Below are positions 1 through 11,875 of a DNA stretch of 64,000 nucleotides, piece by piece. The position numbers were made by a program, and so were the translations under genes. A model generated the notes under the pieces. The model was not told the origin of the DNA, did not search any database, and saw only the letters and a list, made by a program, of their open reading frames with translations. Position 1 is the first letter of the stretch; every line of letters starts with the position of its first letter. This stretch comes from Octopus sinensis. Lineage: Eukaryota. The stretch spans positions 79,174,001-79,238,000 of the forward strand of contig NC_043002.1 in the NCBI RefSeq assembly GCF_006345805.1. Direction: 5' to 3'.

Positions 1-25
1 CCTGAGAAGTTAGAACTTTTCAGAA

Positions 26-202
26 ATGAATACCGAAAACGTACAGATCTTTTCAGATACACGAGAAAGTAGCTTTTATCTTGAAATTTATCGAAATTAT
101 GCACCTGGTTACTTAAAGTTACAAAGAATTTTATTTGCCTTTTGTGTAAATATGCTCGTTGCTCTTATACTCTGTCATATTGCCTGGTTACTGCTGTTTT
201 AG
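26..202 (+). CDS. Candidate terminal exon or small ORF (58 aa) ending in a hydrophobic C-terminal segment
   Basis: MNTENVQIFSDTRESSFYLEIYRNYAPGYLKLQRILFAFCVNMLVALILCHIAWLLLF* lies in non-repetitive DNA. Two in-frame phase-1 acceptors (ttttcag at 17-23 and 50-56). No homology recognised. Confidence 0.2.
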   Translation: MNTENVQIFSDTRESSFYLEIYRNYAPGYLKLQRILFAFCVNMLVALILCHIAWLLLF

Positions 203-529
203 ATATTGTTAGTGATTCGGTTATTTGAGTAAACCAATATGCTTCAGCTAGATGATGGTAAAAGTAAAAAAAAAATCAATTGACCAATGCTTTAAAAAAT
301 GACCATAGGGATATTTATTGTTGCCATACTGTCCAAATATATGGAATATATAAATGTAGTGTCCATTTTGAAAAGAAAGTATATATATAAGTTTGGCTGG
401 TCGCTCTTATCGAGCATATGAAATAGGAGGTTCTTTGTTGGTCGATTATGTGAGACTGTGATGCTACACGAACTGTTTGCTACTGCCTGAGACCTGCAAG
501 CTCTTCAGTTATATTGTCACACATAGTCA

Positions 530-633
530 TAGTATATACATAGTTCATATATGTACATACTTATACACACACACACACACACACATATATAATATATATA
601 TATATGTGTGTGTGTGTAATATATATATGTATG

Positions 634-690
<57 letters not shown>

Positions 691-724
691 GTGTGTATAT
701 ATATATGTATATATATATACATAC

Positions 725-769
<45 letters not shown>

Positions 770-770
770 T
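530..770. repeat. Compound (CA)n/(TA)n/(TG)n microsatellite
   Basis: Directly visible dinucleotide runs; source of the YIYI ORFs. Confidence 0.95.
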
Positions 771-965
771 CTTTTCTCTTTTACTTGTTCAGTCATTTAA
801 CTGCGGCCATGCTGGAGCACCGCCTTTAGTCGAGGAAATCGACCCCAGCACTTATTCTTTGTAAGCTTAGTACTTGTTCTATCGGTCTCTTTTGACGAAC
901 CGATAAGTTACATGGACGGAAACACACCAGTATTAGTTGTCAAACGATGTTGGGAGGCAAATACA

Positions 966-975
<10 letters not shown>
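770..975 (-). mobile_element. SINE family A, 3' half
   Basis: Reverse complement of the tail at 5930-6135 (ccagcatggccgcagt..aaatgactgaa..aagtaaaag). Confidence 0.85.
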
Positions 976-1012
<37 letters not shown>

Positions 1013-1016
1013 TATA

Positions 1017-1077
<61 letters not shown>

Positions 1078-1099
1078 TATATACAAAACTAAATGCAAT

Positions 1100-1915
1100 A
1101 CCAATTTAATACACTGAACCTGGAGGAATTGCAATCCCAGGGACACAGTCAGTGTGAGACCTGAGCATTTACATGATTAATGGTGCATCCTTCCATATGC
1201 ATGTTGCTAAGTTGGCAATGAAATGCAGGCGGCTGACCGGATGGATTCTTAGAACTTTGAGAACGAGAAAGTATCATGGTTCTGTGGAGGACACTTGTCC
1301 CAAGCCGCTTTGACTATTGCTCCCATCTATGGTCACCAACCAGTGTAAAATTAATTGCATAACTTGAGGCAATCCAACGAATCTACACAGAGTAGATAGC
1401 CTCTATGCAGCATATAAGCTACTGGGAAAGATTCAAGAGATTGAGACTCTGTTCCTTAGAGCGTAGGCAGGGAAGATATGCCATAATATACATCTGGAAG
1501 GTCCCAGAGGGATTAGTTCCAAATTTTGGCATCGAAAGTTACACTAATGCTAGAACAGGGCGCCACTGCATAGTGCCAAAGATTCCAAATTTGCCATCAA
1601 GATATAGGACAAGATATTGCAACAGCCTGGGCTTTAAAGACCCACAGTTCTTCAATATTCTGCCGAAGGACCTGAGAGACCTATATGGGGTGAATGCGGG
1701 TATCTTCAAATCGAAACTAAAACTCTTACTGTCAAGTGTCCCAGATGATCGAACTTCACAGCAGAAAGTGCAGATGAGGGCAGCGGCATCAAACCTCCTC
1801 GTGCACCAAACGTCAATTCCTAAAAAGAATTAGTGAAGTAAAATTATGTAGCAACACCAAATAGCGATGCCCCAGCATGGCCACAGCTCATGAGCTGAAA
1901 CTAGATTAAATCAAA
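1100..1915 (+). mobile_element. 5'-truncated CR1/L2-like LINE (ORF2 C-terminus and 3' tail)
   Basis: ORF 1405-1833 has RLRLCSLERRQGRYAIIYIWK and GPQ-like FFNILPKDLRDL motifs typical of post-RT CR1/L2 ORF2. Upstream CRRLTGWILRT. Tail ccagcatggccacagctcatgagctgaaac. Confidence 0.8.
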
Positions 1916-1939
1916 TGCGTACTGGGGTCGATCTAATTG

Positions 1940-2039
1940 NNNNNNNNNNNNNNNNNNNNNNNNNNNNNNNNNNNNNNNNNNNNNNNNNNNNNNNNNNNNN
2001 NNNNNNNNNNNNNNNNNNNNNNNNNNNNNNNNNNNNNNN
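1940..2039. other. Assembly gap (100 N)
   Basis: Run of N. Confidence 1.
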
Positions 2040-2386
2040 TTTAAGAAATCGAAATTTACCCATCACTTGTGTCAGTCAATGGACCGCGACCATGTGGGGG
2101 CATGATCGAAAAAGTCGACCCCAGTTTCTTAAAGCCTTGTACTTATTCTATTGACCTCTTTTGTCGAACTTCTGGTCTACGGGGATGTAGACAAACCCAC
2201 ACCATTGACAAGCGGCGGTAGGGTACAAACGCAAACATAGACAAGTCAAACAGACAGACAAAAACTGACAAAAACATACACACACACACACACACACATA
2301 CGTGGGCATCGTAGAACCTGTGAGACACTTTTTTAGAAGCAGTAATAACTGTTCTAGATTATTCTGATTTTAGTATATCATTACTA

Positions 2387-2658
2387 TACAGTAGTTCCTC
2401 GCCATATCGCAGTTCACCTATCGCGGTTTATTATTTTAGCTTACGTCAATTCCTCTGTGGTATTGTTTTGCATTTATAATAAAATGAATAATAAAAATTA
2501 TAAAAATTATAAAATTATAAAATTATAAAAATTATAAAAGTACAAAAATTATGAAAATAAAAAAAAATATACAGTAACAGTACTGTTTCTACTTCGCGGA
2601 TTTTCACCTATTGCGGGTTTTTTTGGAACGTAACACTCGCGATAGCCGAGGTTCTGCC
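2387..2658. mobile_element. pogo/Tigger-like MITE
   Basis: Starts TA-cagtagttcctcgccatatcgc and ends with imperfect inverted cgcgatagccgaggttct; AT-rich core with (aaattat)n. Confidence 0.55.
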
Positions 2659-2749
2659 AACTTCTGTTATTCTAGATTGAATGAGACAGCTGTGATAGCA
2701 TTTTGAACACATTCTACTAAACAATACTTGTCGCTGCTAATTAGTTTGC

Positions 2750-3442
2750 AGGATGCAATCAGGATGTGAAGAAAATTAGGAAGCTCGCTTTGCAATAAAA
2801 TTTTGTGTTAAATTGGGCAAAAACGTTACAGAAACTTGCGAAATGCCCCAGACTGTTTATAGGCTAACTTGGATGAACTGAGCATCTGATTTTCACTGGC
2901 ACAAAAGTCAAGATAGAGCAAGTCTACTGAAAAGCTTATGATGGTCCCATTTTTCGACAGCAAGGACTTCATCTACATTCACGGGTTTCGTCTGGCCAGA
3001 CGGTCAACAAAGAGTACTTTGTAGAAGTTTTGAGGGATTTCAGCAAAAGATTTCATTGCAAAAGGCCGAAGCAGCTGCACCTGGACAATGCACCAGGACA
3101 ATGCACCAGCCCACAATTCCTTCCTGGTAATAAACTACTAGACAGAAATGGGCATCAAAACTATACCTTATCATCCCTACAGGCCAGACCTTGCTCCCTG
3201 TGACTTTTGGTTGATCCTGAAGCTGAAAGAGTAGATGTAGGGGGCTGTGACAAGGATCCTTGATATCTTCACTTCGGAAGACTTGCATAGAACCTTCACA
3301 AATTAGCTCAAATTAGCTGGAGCGCTACAAGAAATGCATTGAAATCAGAGGATCATACTTCGAAGGAGATTAGAATTTTGCACTTCTTTGAAATCAATAT
3401 CTCTCCTGTAAAAAGTCTCAGAACTTCTGCAATGCACCACGT
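2750..3442 (+). mobile_element. Internally deleted mariner transposon
   Basis: Remnant translations IKFCVKLGK, GQTVNKEYFVEVL, LDNAP and HPYRPDLAPCDFWL (mariner YSPDLAP motif). Right TIR-like agtctcagaacttctgcaatgcaccacgt. Confidence 0.85.
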
Positions 3443-3724
3443 CCATATGTGAACGGCGGGTTTCTTTCTGTTTCCATCTACCAGATCCACACGCAAGGCA
3501 TTTGTTAGCCCGGGGCTATAGCAGAAGACACTTGTCCACGATTCCTCGCAGTGGGACTGTTATTTTTCCAGATTAGCGTCCATAAACCGTCCTGTAATCA
3601 AAAATGTTCCAGCCGTGACCATCTCACCTTTTATAGGAAAGAGAGTAAATTTTAGAGATTACTGGTTGAAATTTCTATCAAAGGCGAACCATCATCTAGA
3701 AGATACGGACATAGAAATATATTT

Positions 3725-4215
3725 CTTTACTGCCCACAAGTGACTAAACATAGAGGGGACAAACAAGGACAGACAAAGGGTTTAAGTCGATTACATCGAC
3801 CCCAGTGGGAAACTGGTATTTTATTTATCGACCCCGAAAGGATGAAAGGCAATGTCGACCTCGGCGGAATTTGAACTCAGAACGTAACGATAGACGAAAT
3901 ACGGCTACGCATTTCGCCCGGCGTGCTAACGTTTCTGCCAGCTCGCCGTTGTGACAGAAATAGCCGCAGCACGCTTGCAGTTACCGAAGATATTCCTTCC
4001 TACTCTAAGCAGCACAAGGCCTGAAATTTTGGGGACGGGTCCTACTGGAGTATATCATCCCTAGTATTCGACTGGTACTTATTTTATCGACTTCCAAAAA
4101 GGTAGAGTCGACTTCGGGGGAATTTGAAGTCGGACCGCAAATTCGAACAAAATGCCGCCTAGCGTTCTTTTTTTTTTATCTGGCGTGCTTAGGACTCCGC
4201 CAACTCGCTGCCACA
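3725..4215 (-). mobile_element. SINE family C, two copies
   Basis: Match to family C consensus ggcgagctggcagaaacgttagcacgccgggcgaaatg...gagttcaaattccgccgaggtcgac (B-box-like gagttcaaatt). Confidence 0.85.
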
Positions 4216-4691
4216 CAATCACCGAATATATTAATGAACTTAAACGAAGTTCATTCATTCCCATAGTTACAACCAAGGTTCGGCTCATGGTGTGGTATAT
4301 TTCTTCACCTATACTTAATGACCGGATAGCTCTCCTATCATGATTAGCTCCTACTTTCTATCCTTGGCACGACATTTCATACTTTAAATTATATAATACA
4401 ATAATAATATAATATAATATAATATCAATATAATATAATATATATTAAACCGTGTAGTATATTTTATTAGATTATACGTCATTTATTATATTACATTATC
4501 TATATATTCCGTTATTTAGTTGTTTACATATGTATTTAGTCATAGGCGTTAGTTGTTTATTTAAGTAGTTTTCGTGTTCCTAGATTCCACTGAGAAACTC
4601 TACCAAGGAACTCTATAAGAGTGAAAAGTGTAAAAAAAAATTGTCTGGTTATTGATTCATTATTAATATATCGCTGTAGGTGAAACTTTAC

Positions 4692-4693
<2 letters not shown>

Positions 4694-4723
<30 letters not shown>

Positions 4724-4829
4724 TGTATGTATGTATGTATGTATGTATGTATGTATGTATGTATGTATGCAGCACACCAAGCACGCAACACAACATAACA
4801 TCGTAATACAGATAACAAATACGTACACA

Positions 4830-4869
<40 letters not shown>

Positions 4870-4950
4870 CACACATACACACAGGTATCACCAAAACACG
4901 CACACATTAGAACACATACAAAGCAGACGTCAAGGATGTGAAGATATATG

Positions 4951-4985
<35 letters not shown>

Positions 4986-5358
4986 GTGTATGTGTATGTA
5001 AATGTGTGCGTGCGTTGTGTGTGTGTAAATATATATAGATATATGTATGTATATATATAAATATATATATATATATATACATATGTATGTACATATATGT
5101 TTGTATGTATGTATGTATGTATGTATGTATGTATGTATATGTATGTATGTATGTATATGTATGTATGTAATGTATGTAATGTATGTAATGTATGTATGTA
5201 TGTATGTATGTATGTATGTATGTATGTATGTATGTATGTATATGTATGTATGTATGTATATGTATGTATGTAATGTATGTAATGTATGTAATGTATGTAT
5301 GTATGTATGTATGTAATGTATGTATGTAATGTATGTAATGTATGTAATGTATGTAATG

Positions 5359-5389
<31 letters not shown>

Positions 5390-5450
5390 TGTATGTAATG
5401 TATGTATGTATGTATGTATGTATGTATGTATGTATGTATATGTATGTATG
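4694..5450. repeat. (ATGT)n/(CA)n/(TA)n compound microsatellite block
   Basis: Visible tetra- and dinucleotide runs. Confidence 0.95.
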
Positions 5451-5694
5451 AATATGTAGATGTATTTGTGTATGCATATGTATACCTTGCTATGCTCGCG
5501 CGTATTCAGGAGCATATATCCACATACTTGTGTGTCTGCAGCTATGTAAAGGTATGTAGGCACTTTTAGATATATACATATACTTGAACAGGCGAATATA
5601 CATAACTTTTTGTTTATAGATATACACATTTACATCGCACAAACATGTAAGTATACGTGTGTGTACGTATACACATATGTGTGTGTGTATACGT

Positions 5695-6135
5695 AGGAGC
5701 AGGAGTGGCTGTGTGGTAAGTAGCTTGTTTACCAACCACATGGTTCCGGGTTCAGTCCCACTGCGTGGCATCTTGGGCAAGTGTCTTCTGCTATATCCTC
5801 GGGCCGACCAATGCCTTGTGAGTGGATTTGGTAGACGGAAACTGAAAGAAGGCCGTGTATATGTATAATAATTATATATATATATATATATTATATATAT
5901 ATATATAATGTGTGTGTGTGTGTGTGTTTGTGTGTCTGTGTTTGTCCCCCTAGCATTGCGTGACAACCGATGCTGGTGTGTTTACGTCCCCGTCACTTAG
6001 CGGTTCGGCAAAAGAGACCAATAGAATAAGTACCGGGCTTACAAAGAATAAGTACCGGGGTCGATTTGCTCGACTAAAGGCGGTGCTCCAGCATGGCCGC
6101 AGTCAAATGACTGAAACAAGTAAAAGAGTAAAGAG
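5695..6135 (+). mobile_element. SINE family A, full length (tRNA-like head, internal (TA)n(TG)n, LINE-like tail)
   Basis: A-box-like tggctgtgtggtaa, B-box-like ggttcagtccc, central microsatellite, and a tail shared with many copies in the window. Confidence 0.9.
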
Positions 6136-6224
6136 AGAGTATACCCATATACATGCACGCTCGCTCGCACGCACGCACACAAACACACACACATATGTAC
6201 ATATATGTAGATGTTTATATCTAT

Positions 6225-6970
6225 ACGGTTCCTAGTTCAGTCCCACTCTCTGGCTGCTTGCGCAAGTGTCTTCTAATATATCCAATGGCCAACCAAAGCC
6301 TTCTGAGTGGGTTTGGTAGACGGAAACTGAAAGAAGCCTATATATATATATGTATATATATATAATTCCAAAAAAGTTAGAGGTTGTTAATCCAACCAAC
6401 TAAGGGATAATATCTATCCAATATACTGCTGGTAGAAAATCCAATTATTAATATACAAGTGTTTGTTTTTTGCATGGCAATTACACTACTAATGTAATAA
6501 ATGGTTGAGGGTAAAAACGTTTTTTTCCCCTTAATTTATACAGCAATAGGAAAATGGAGGTGATCAAGAGGTGGTATTCATCAACTTTTAGACATTATAT
6601 TATGTCTATTTATATATTTTTTTAAAAACCATTATAACAATATATATACATGTATAGCATTTATATATACATACATTTTCTTATTGCTATATGTATGTAT
6701 ATATATATATATATATAATATATATATATATATAGTGTGTGTGTGTGTGTGTGTGTATGATTGTGTGTCTGATTGTCTCCCTCACCATCGCTTGTCAACC
6801 GAGGTTGGTGCGTTTACGTCCCAATAACTTAGCGGTTCGGCAAAAGGGACCGATAGAATAAGTGCTAGGCTTACAAAGAATAAGTCCTGGGGTCGATTTG
6901 TTCGACTAAAGGCGGTGCTCCAGCATGGCCGCAGTCAAATGACTGAAACAAATAAAAGGATAAAAGAATA
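6225..6970 (+). mobile_element. SINE family A copy split by about 400 bp of other sequence
   Basis: Head remnant 6225-6345 and tail 6755-6970. Confidence 0.7.
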
Positions 6971-7070
6971 TATACACACACGTATATATGTATATATAGT
7001 TTATGTATATATAAGTTTTTATATATATATATATACGTATGTATATATATGGATATATATAAATATATAT

Positions 7071-7111
<41 letters not shown>

Positions 7112-7302
7112 AATATATATATGCATATATATATATAGATATGTATACATATACATGTGCATATATATATATATATATAATATAATATAAATATAAGAGA
7201 GTGGTCACTAATCCAGGTTTCTCGGAGCACTAGGCCACTTGGTGTAGAATAGATATACTATTAAATTAGTATCTAATTCTCTCACCCTTATTAATTAATA
7301 TA

Positions 7303-7334
<32 letters not shown>

Positions 7335-7385
7335 TTATACATATACATATATACACGTATGTATTATACATATATACGTATATAT

Positions 7386-7457
<72 letters not shown>

Positions 7458-7460
<3 letters not shown>

Positions 7461-7749
7461 AGGCGCAATGGCAGCGGACTCGCGGTTGTAGGATCGCGGT
7501 TTCCATTCCCAGACCAGGCGTTGTGAGTGTTTATTGAGCGAAAACACCTAAAGCTGCACGATGCTCCGGCAGGTGGTGGTGGCGGTCCCTGCTGTACTCT
7601 TTCGCCACAACTTTCTCTCACTCTTTCTTCTGTTGCCTGCTCGCTTAGCCAGTGGGGTGGCGTCATTTGAAGGCTTAAGCAATATGAAGCGCATTGTGAA
7701 AAGCGATGTGTAGCAACATCTGATATCCTGGTCGGTCACGGTGATCACG

Positions 7750-7752
<3 letters not shown>
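7458..7752 (+). mobile_element. SINE family B (tRNA-derived)
   Basis: Homologous to 10125-10420 (-) and 24956-25235 (+); shared core cacctaaagctccacg..actctttcgccacaactttctctca. Confidence 0.8.
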
Positions 7753-7794
<42 letters not shown>

Positions 7795-8084
7795 CATGTA
7801 CATATATGGCTCATTCTTTACAAGGCTGTTTACACAGACATTTGAAAAGGAAAAGCAGTTGAAAATGAAACACAAAATGATGTAAATGTAAAATCAAACT
7901 TGTAAACAGTTTGTATTCAAGTTCTTATAAGACAGACTTACCATTCAAACAGAAAAGTAAACTAAGAAGAACTATTTGAAGATTATGTAAGAATTTTTGA
8001 CTTTGGTGTTAAGCTAGAAATTTGGAGGGAATGGGCAGTAATCCTTTTAATAGATCTTAAAAGAAATATAAACGCGCCCTTTTA

Positions 8085-8326
8085 AAGCCTAACCAGGCTC
8101 ATGGGCCCAGTTTTCCGGTTTCTATGGCGTATGTGTTCTCCTGCTGGACGGGACGCCAGTCCATCGCAGCGTTACTCATTTTTGCCAGCTGAGTGGACTG
8201 GAGCAACGTGCAATGAAGTGTTTTGCTCAAGAATACAACGCGTCGCCCGGTCCAGGAATCAAAATCACAATCTTACGATCATGGATGGTGCTGACACCCT
8301 AACCACTAAGCCAGGCGCTTCCACTT
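8085..8326 (-). mobile_element. SINE family B-related copy
   Basis: tRNA-like head, ttcttgagcaaaacact core, and tail gatggactggcgtcccgtccagc shared with 10125-10420. Confidence 0.7.
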
Positions 8327-8389
8327 AATTGATCTTAGTGAGTGTATAATGCGTGTGCATGTAATAATGGTTATATTTCTTTGAAATAC

Positions 8390-8595
8390 AGGCAAAAGGA
8401 CAGCAGTTGGAAGGAAAGGGGCAAGTCGATTAAATAGACCCCAGTAGTTGATTAGTACTTATTTTTAGCGACCTTGAGAGGATGAAAAGCAAATTCGGCC
8501 TCAGTGGAATTTGAACGCAGAACGTAAGGAGCTGGAAAAAATCCTGCTAAGCGTTTTGTTTGGCGGGCTAACGATTTTGCTTGCTCTCCACCTTT
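8390..8595 (-). mobile_element. SINE family C, diverged
   Basis: gtcgatt..cccagt..ctggtact..aggatgaaa..aatttgaac..agaacgtaa pattern. Confidence 0.7.
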
Positions 8596-8802
8596 GAAAT
8601 GATAATCACAGGGTGTTCGGGGATCAATTTGACGATTATTTGCATCCAATTATGTAGAATAGTTTATCTTCTGGGTAAAAATATGCGTTGTTTAAATTGT
8701 GGTGTTAGTCCTGTAAGAGGCCTTTCCTCACTTTAAAATGGTTCAGGCAGAAGCAGCGCTTGATTTTTAATATGTCTATTAACATCTCCATTATATATTG
8801 CA

Positions 8803-9112
8803 TACTACGACGCATGGCTCAGTGGTTAGAACGTCGGTCTCACAATCATGTAGTAGTGAGTTCGATTCATGGGCTGGGCTGTGTGTTGTGTTCTTGCTCC
8901 AGTTCACTCAGCTGTAGAAATGAGTTACGACGTCACTGGTGTCAAGCTTTATCGGCTTTCGCCTTTCCCTTGGATAACATCGGTGGCATAGCGAGAGGAG
9001 GCTGGTATGCGTTGGCGATTGCTGATCTTCCACCAATAACCTTGCCCGGATTTGTGCCTCGGAGGGGAACTTTCTAGGTGCAAACCCAGGGTCATTCATG
9101 ACCGAAGGGGAC
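8803..9112 (+). mobile_element. SINE family B2 (tRNA-like head)
   Basis: tggctcagtggttagaacg (A box), gagttcgattc (B box); homologous to 62196-62432. Confidence 0.8.
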
Positions 9113-9289
9113 ATTACTCTTTACGGCTTGCCGTGGCCAAAAAAAAGCAAAACATTAGATAAAAAATTATATGATGGAACACATCGATGTATTAGCGTGG
9201 GTGGTAAGCTCTCTACACACATGGTGTAAGAGGCACCCATCGCTTCCACGTCTGTGCAAAAGTGTGTTGGTCCTGAGCAGGAATGAAAA

Positions 9290-9510
9290 CCCACATTTGT
9301 CCTGCTCAAATTGTGTCTCTTCCTGCTGGCCACGACTCCGTAGTCTAAGTTGCAGCTGTCCATGTCACGTCATGCAGTCTTTACAGTTCTCACGGACAAT
9401 TTTCATGATGTCGGCATTTTGACACCCGGCGCGAATCATCATGAGACAGGTATCTCTTTTCCAATATTCAGATGACTTCCAGTCCTCCATGTCACAAAAC
9501 TTTTTCACAA
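9290..9510 (-). mobile_element. Tc1/mariner-superfamily transposase N-terminal remnant
   Basis: Minus strand reads MEDWKSSEYWKRDTCLMMIRAGCQNADIMKIV..., then DYGVVASRKRH; resembles HTH N-termini of Tc1/maT-like transposases (recalled). Confidence 0.45.
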
Positions 9511-9610
9511 CTACAGCTTTAATCTTAATGCTCTCTAGCGCCGTTGACTATTCACCAATACATCAAGCTCTTCCTGAAAAAAGGAGACACATACGTACAT
9601 GCATGCATAG

Positions 9611-9646
<36 letters not shown>

Positions 9647-10124
9647 ACCCATACACATGCGCACAAACAAACAAAAAGGAACGCAGTGTAAATAACGGAC
9701 AGAATCAAGACTTGAAAAGGTTGCAAGACGCAACGAAAATTTTAGGAAAATAAGCTAAAGAAATAAGTGGAAATTTTACCAGTGAGTGTGTTACATTATA
9801 AGGCACAAAAAGAAAATGACTCTCCCCAGACACAACAGAATATGCTTCAACATACGAACTCATATAAAGAATCTTGCAAACCAAATCCAAAAACGAAATG
9901 TGAGATGTACATTAGCTCATTTTCCATCACCCATCAAATCGACGTTTCCTGAACCGGTGCATGGTGTATCACACGTCAAATGTTGAAGTGATTACAGAAT
10001 AATGTGAAATAAAAGTTGTTTTCTTCAAGAATATAACGCACAGTCCAAGAATTGAAACCGTGTAGTTGTTAGCAAACATCATAGCCACGCAACAATGCCT
10101 TGTTTTTCTTTTTTCCGCCCTTTT

Positions 10125-10420
10125 CAAACCCAGCCAGGTTCATGGGTCCGGTTTCCCGGTTTCTATGGCGTATGTGTTCCCCCTCCCCAGCTGGACGGGA
10201 CGCCAGTCCATCGCAGCGTTACTCAAGAAACAGGAAGAAAGAGTGAGAGAAAGTTGGGGGTGAAAGAGTACAACAGGGGTCGCCCCCACCCCTGCCGGAG
10301 CCTCGTGGAGCATAAGGTGTTTTCGCTCAATAAACACACACAGCGCCCGGTCTGGGAATCGAAACCGCGATCCTCCGACCGCGAGTCCGCTGCCCTAACC
10401 ACTGGGCCATTGCGCCTCTA
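10125..10420 (-). mobile_element. SINE family B
   Basis: Reverse complement of 7458-7752 and 24956-25235; head ggcgcaatggcccagtggttagggcagcggactcgcggtc..ggtttcgattccc. Confidence 0.85.
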
Positions 10421-10530
10421 CAAAACAATGTCTTCCGATACTATATTTTTTTCACCGTTAAACATATGGAAGGCAAAAGTCGATCTAACTGGGATTTGAT
10501 ATCACGCGCTAAAGAATCCGAAGTACTTAC

Positions 10531-10655
10531 ATATTTTTCTGGTACTCTACCATATCGGGCCTTTTATCGCCGGATAAATAAATGATAATTTGTGGCGCCG
10601 GCGCAAGGTTATCCATTGCCGGGTTGTTGTCCCGTCGATCAGCCTGAGGACTTGA
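10531..10655 (-). CDS. Candidate internal exon of the minus-strand gene
   Basis: cag|SSPQADRRDNNPAMDNLAPAPQIIIYLSGDKRPDMVEYQKN|GTAAGT; GC-rich unique sequence, strong donor, phase 0 to 2. Confidence 0.3.
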
Positions 10656-10729
10656 CTGTTATTGTATTTTAGTGACCATTCCATCGCCACCCGGAACAAC
10701 ATCATAAACATACACAAACCGTAGTAAAT

Positions 10730-11488
10730 GAATGGAGAGAGAGAGAGAGAAGAGGGGAGGAGAGAGATAGAAAGAGAGAAGTAGAAGGAGGGAAGGAAAA
10801 AAAGGAGAGGGATGGTTTGAAAGAGAAAAGGATCGAAGGGGAGAGAGACAGGGAGGGAGAGAAAAGACGAAAGGGAGGGGGAGAAAAGACGAAAGGGAGG
10901 GAGGGAAAGAGATGTAGAGAGAGGGAGGGTGATAGAGGGAAGTATAGAGAAGAAGGAAGAGTGAAGGAGAGAGATGCAGAAAGAGAGGGAGAAGAGAGCC
11001 ACTTCGTTGTCACTTGACCGGCAAGAGAAAACAGTTAAATCTCTCTCATATCTTACACGTATGCAACATTGAAATAACGTCACCAACTGACATACTGACA
11101 TAACAATAAGCCAACATGAGAGAGAGAGAAGGAGGGAGAGAGAAAGGAGAGAAGAGAGTGTGAAGGTGATAGAGGGAGGGAGAAAGAGAGAGGGAAGGAG
11201 GGAGAGTGTGGGAGAGAATGTAGGAGGAAGAAGGCGAGGGAGAAAAGTAGAATGGAAGAGAGATGGCGAGAATGGATGGTGGGGCGAGAGGGAGCGATAA
11301 GGAGAGAAAGAGAGGGAGAGAGTGTGAGAGGGACTGGGATGGTGAGAGGGGGGGCATGTATAGAAAAGAGAAGGGAAGAGAAAAAAGAGTGCAAGTTTGG
11401 GATGGAGACAAATGAAAACAGAAAGAAGGAAGAAAGAATCAATATAAAAAGACGGGAAAGAACGAAAGCCGAGATGAAGAAAGAAAGC

Positions 11489-11534
<46 letters not shown>

Positions 11535-11550
11535 GAAAGACAGGCAGCCA
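10730..11550. repeat. 820-bp purine-rich (GA-type) low-complexity tract
   Basis: Plus strand is almost entirely G and A; ends in (AG)n. Confidence 0.9.
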
Positions 11551-11875
11551 TGACATGTTTCTCAAATCCATTAATCTTCCCTTAAGCTTAAGCAAAGCTA
11601 CATAAGATATAAGTAATTTAGTTATTCTATGAGAGAGAACACTTCAAATTTCCTGAAATAATCCGTTCTTGCAGAAAGGAAATTGACCTAATCTTTAAAT
11701 TGTGACTTAAATTCTCAGAACTGGATTTTCGTTTAGGATAGAGTGTGATTTTGTCTATGTTTAGATCCAAACACTTTTAATGTTAGTTGATGTTTTTAGA
11801 TAGAAACAGGACAAAAAAAAAAAAAACAAAACAGAATGAAAAAAGAAGGTGAAGAGAACAATTTTGTTCTAGAAA

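Noticed and set aside
5695-5790. tRNA-like A/B-box sequences (also at 8803, 24956, 39615 and 62196)
   Set aside because: They are heads of SINEs that continue into family bodies; no complete cloverleaf is evident.
10547-11551. 334-aa S/L/P/F-rich ORF
   Set aside because: It arises from the CT-rich strand of the purine tract; only its last 150 bp are complex sequence, treated separately in another frame.
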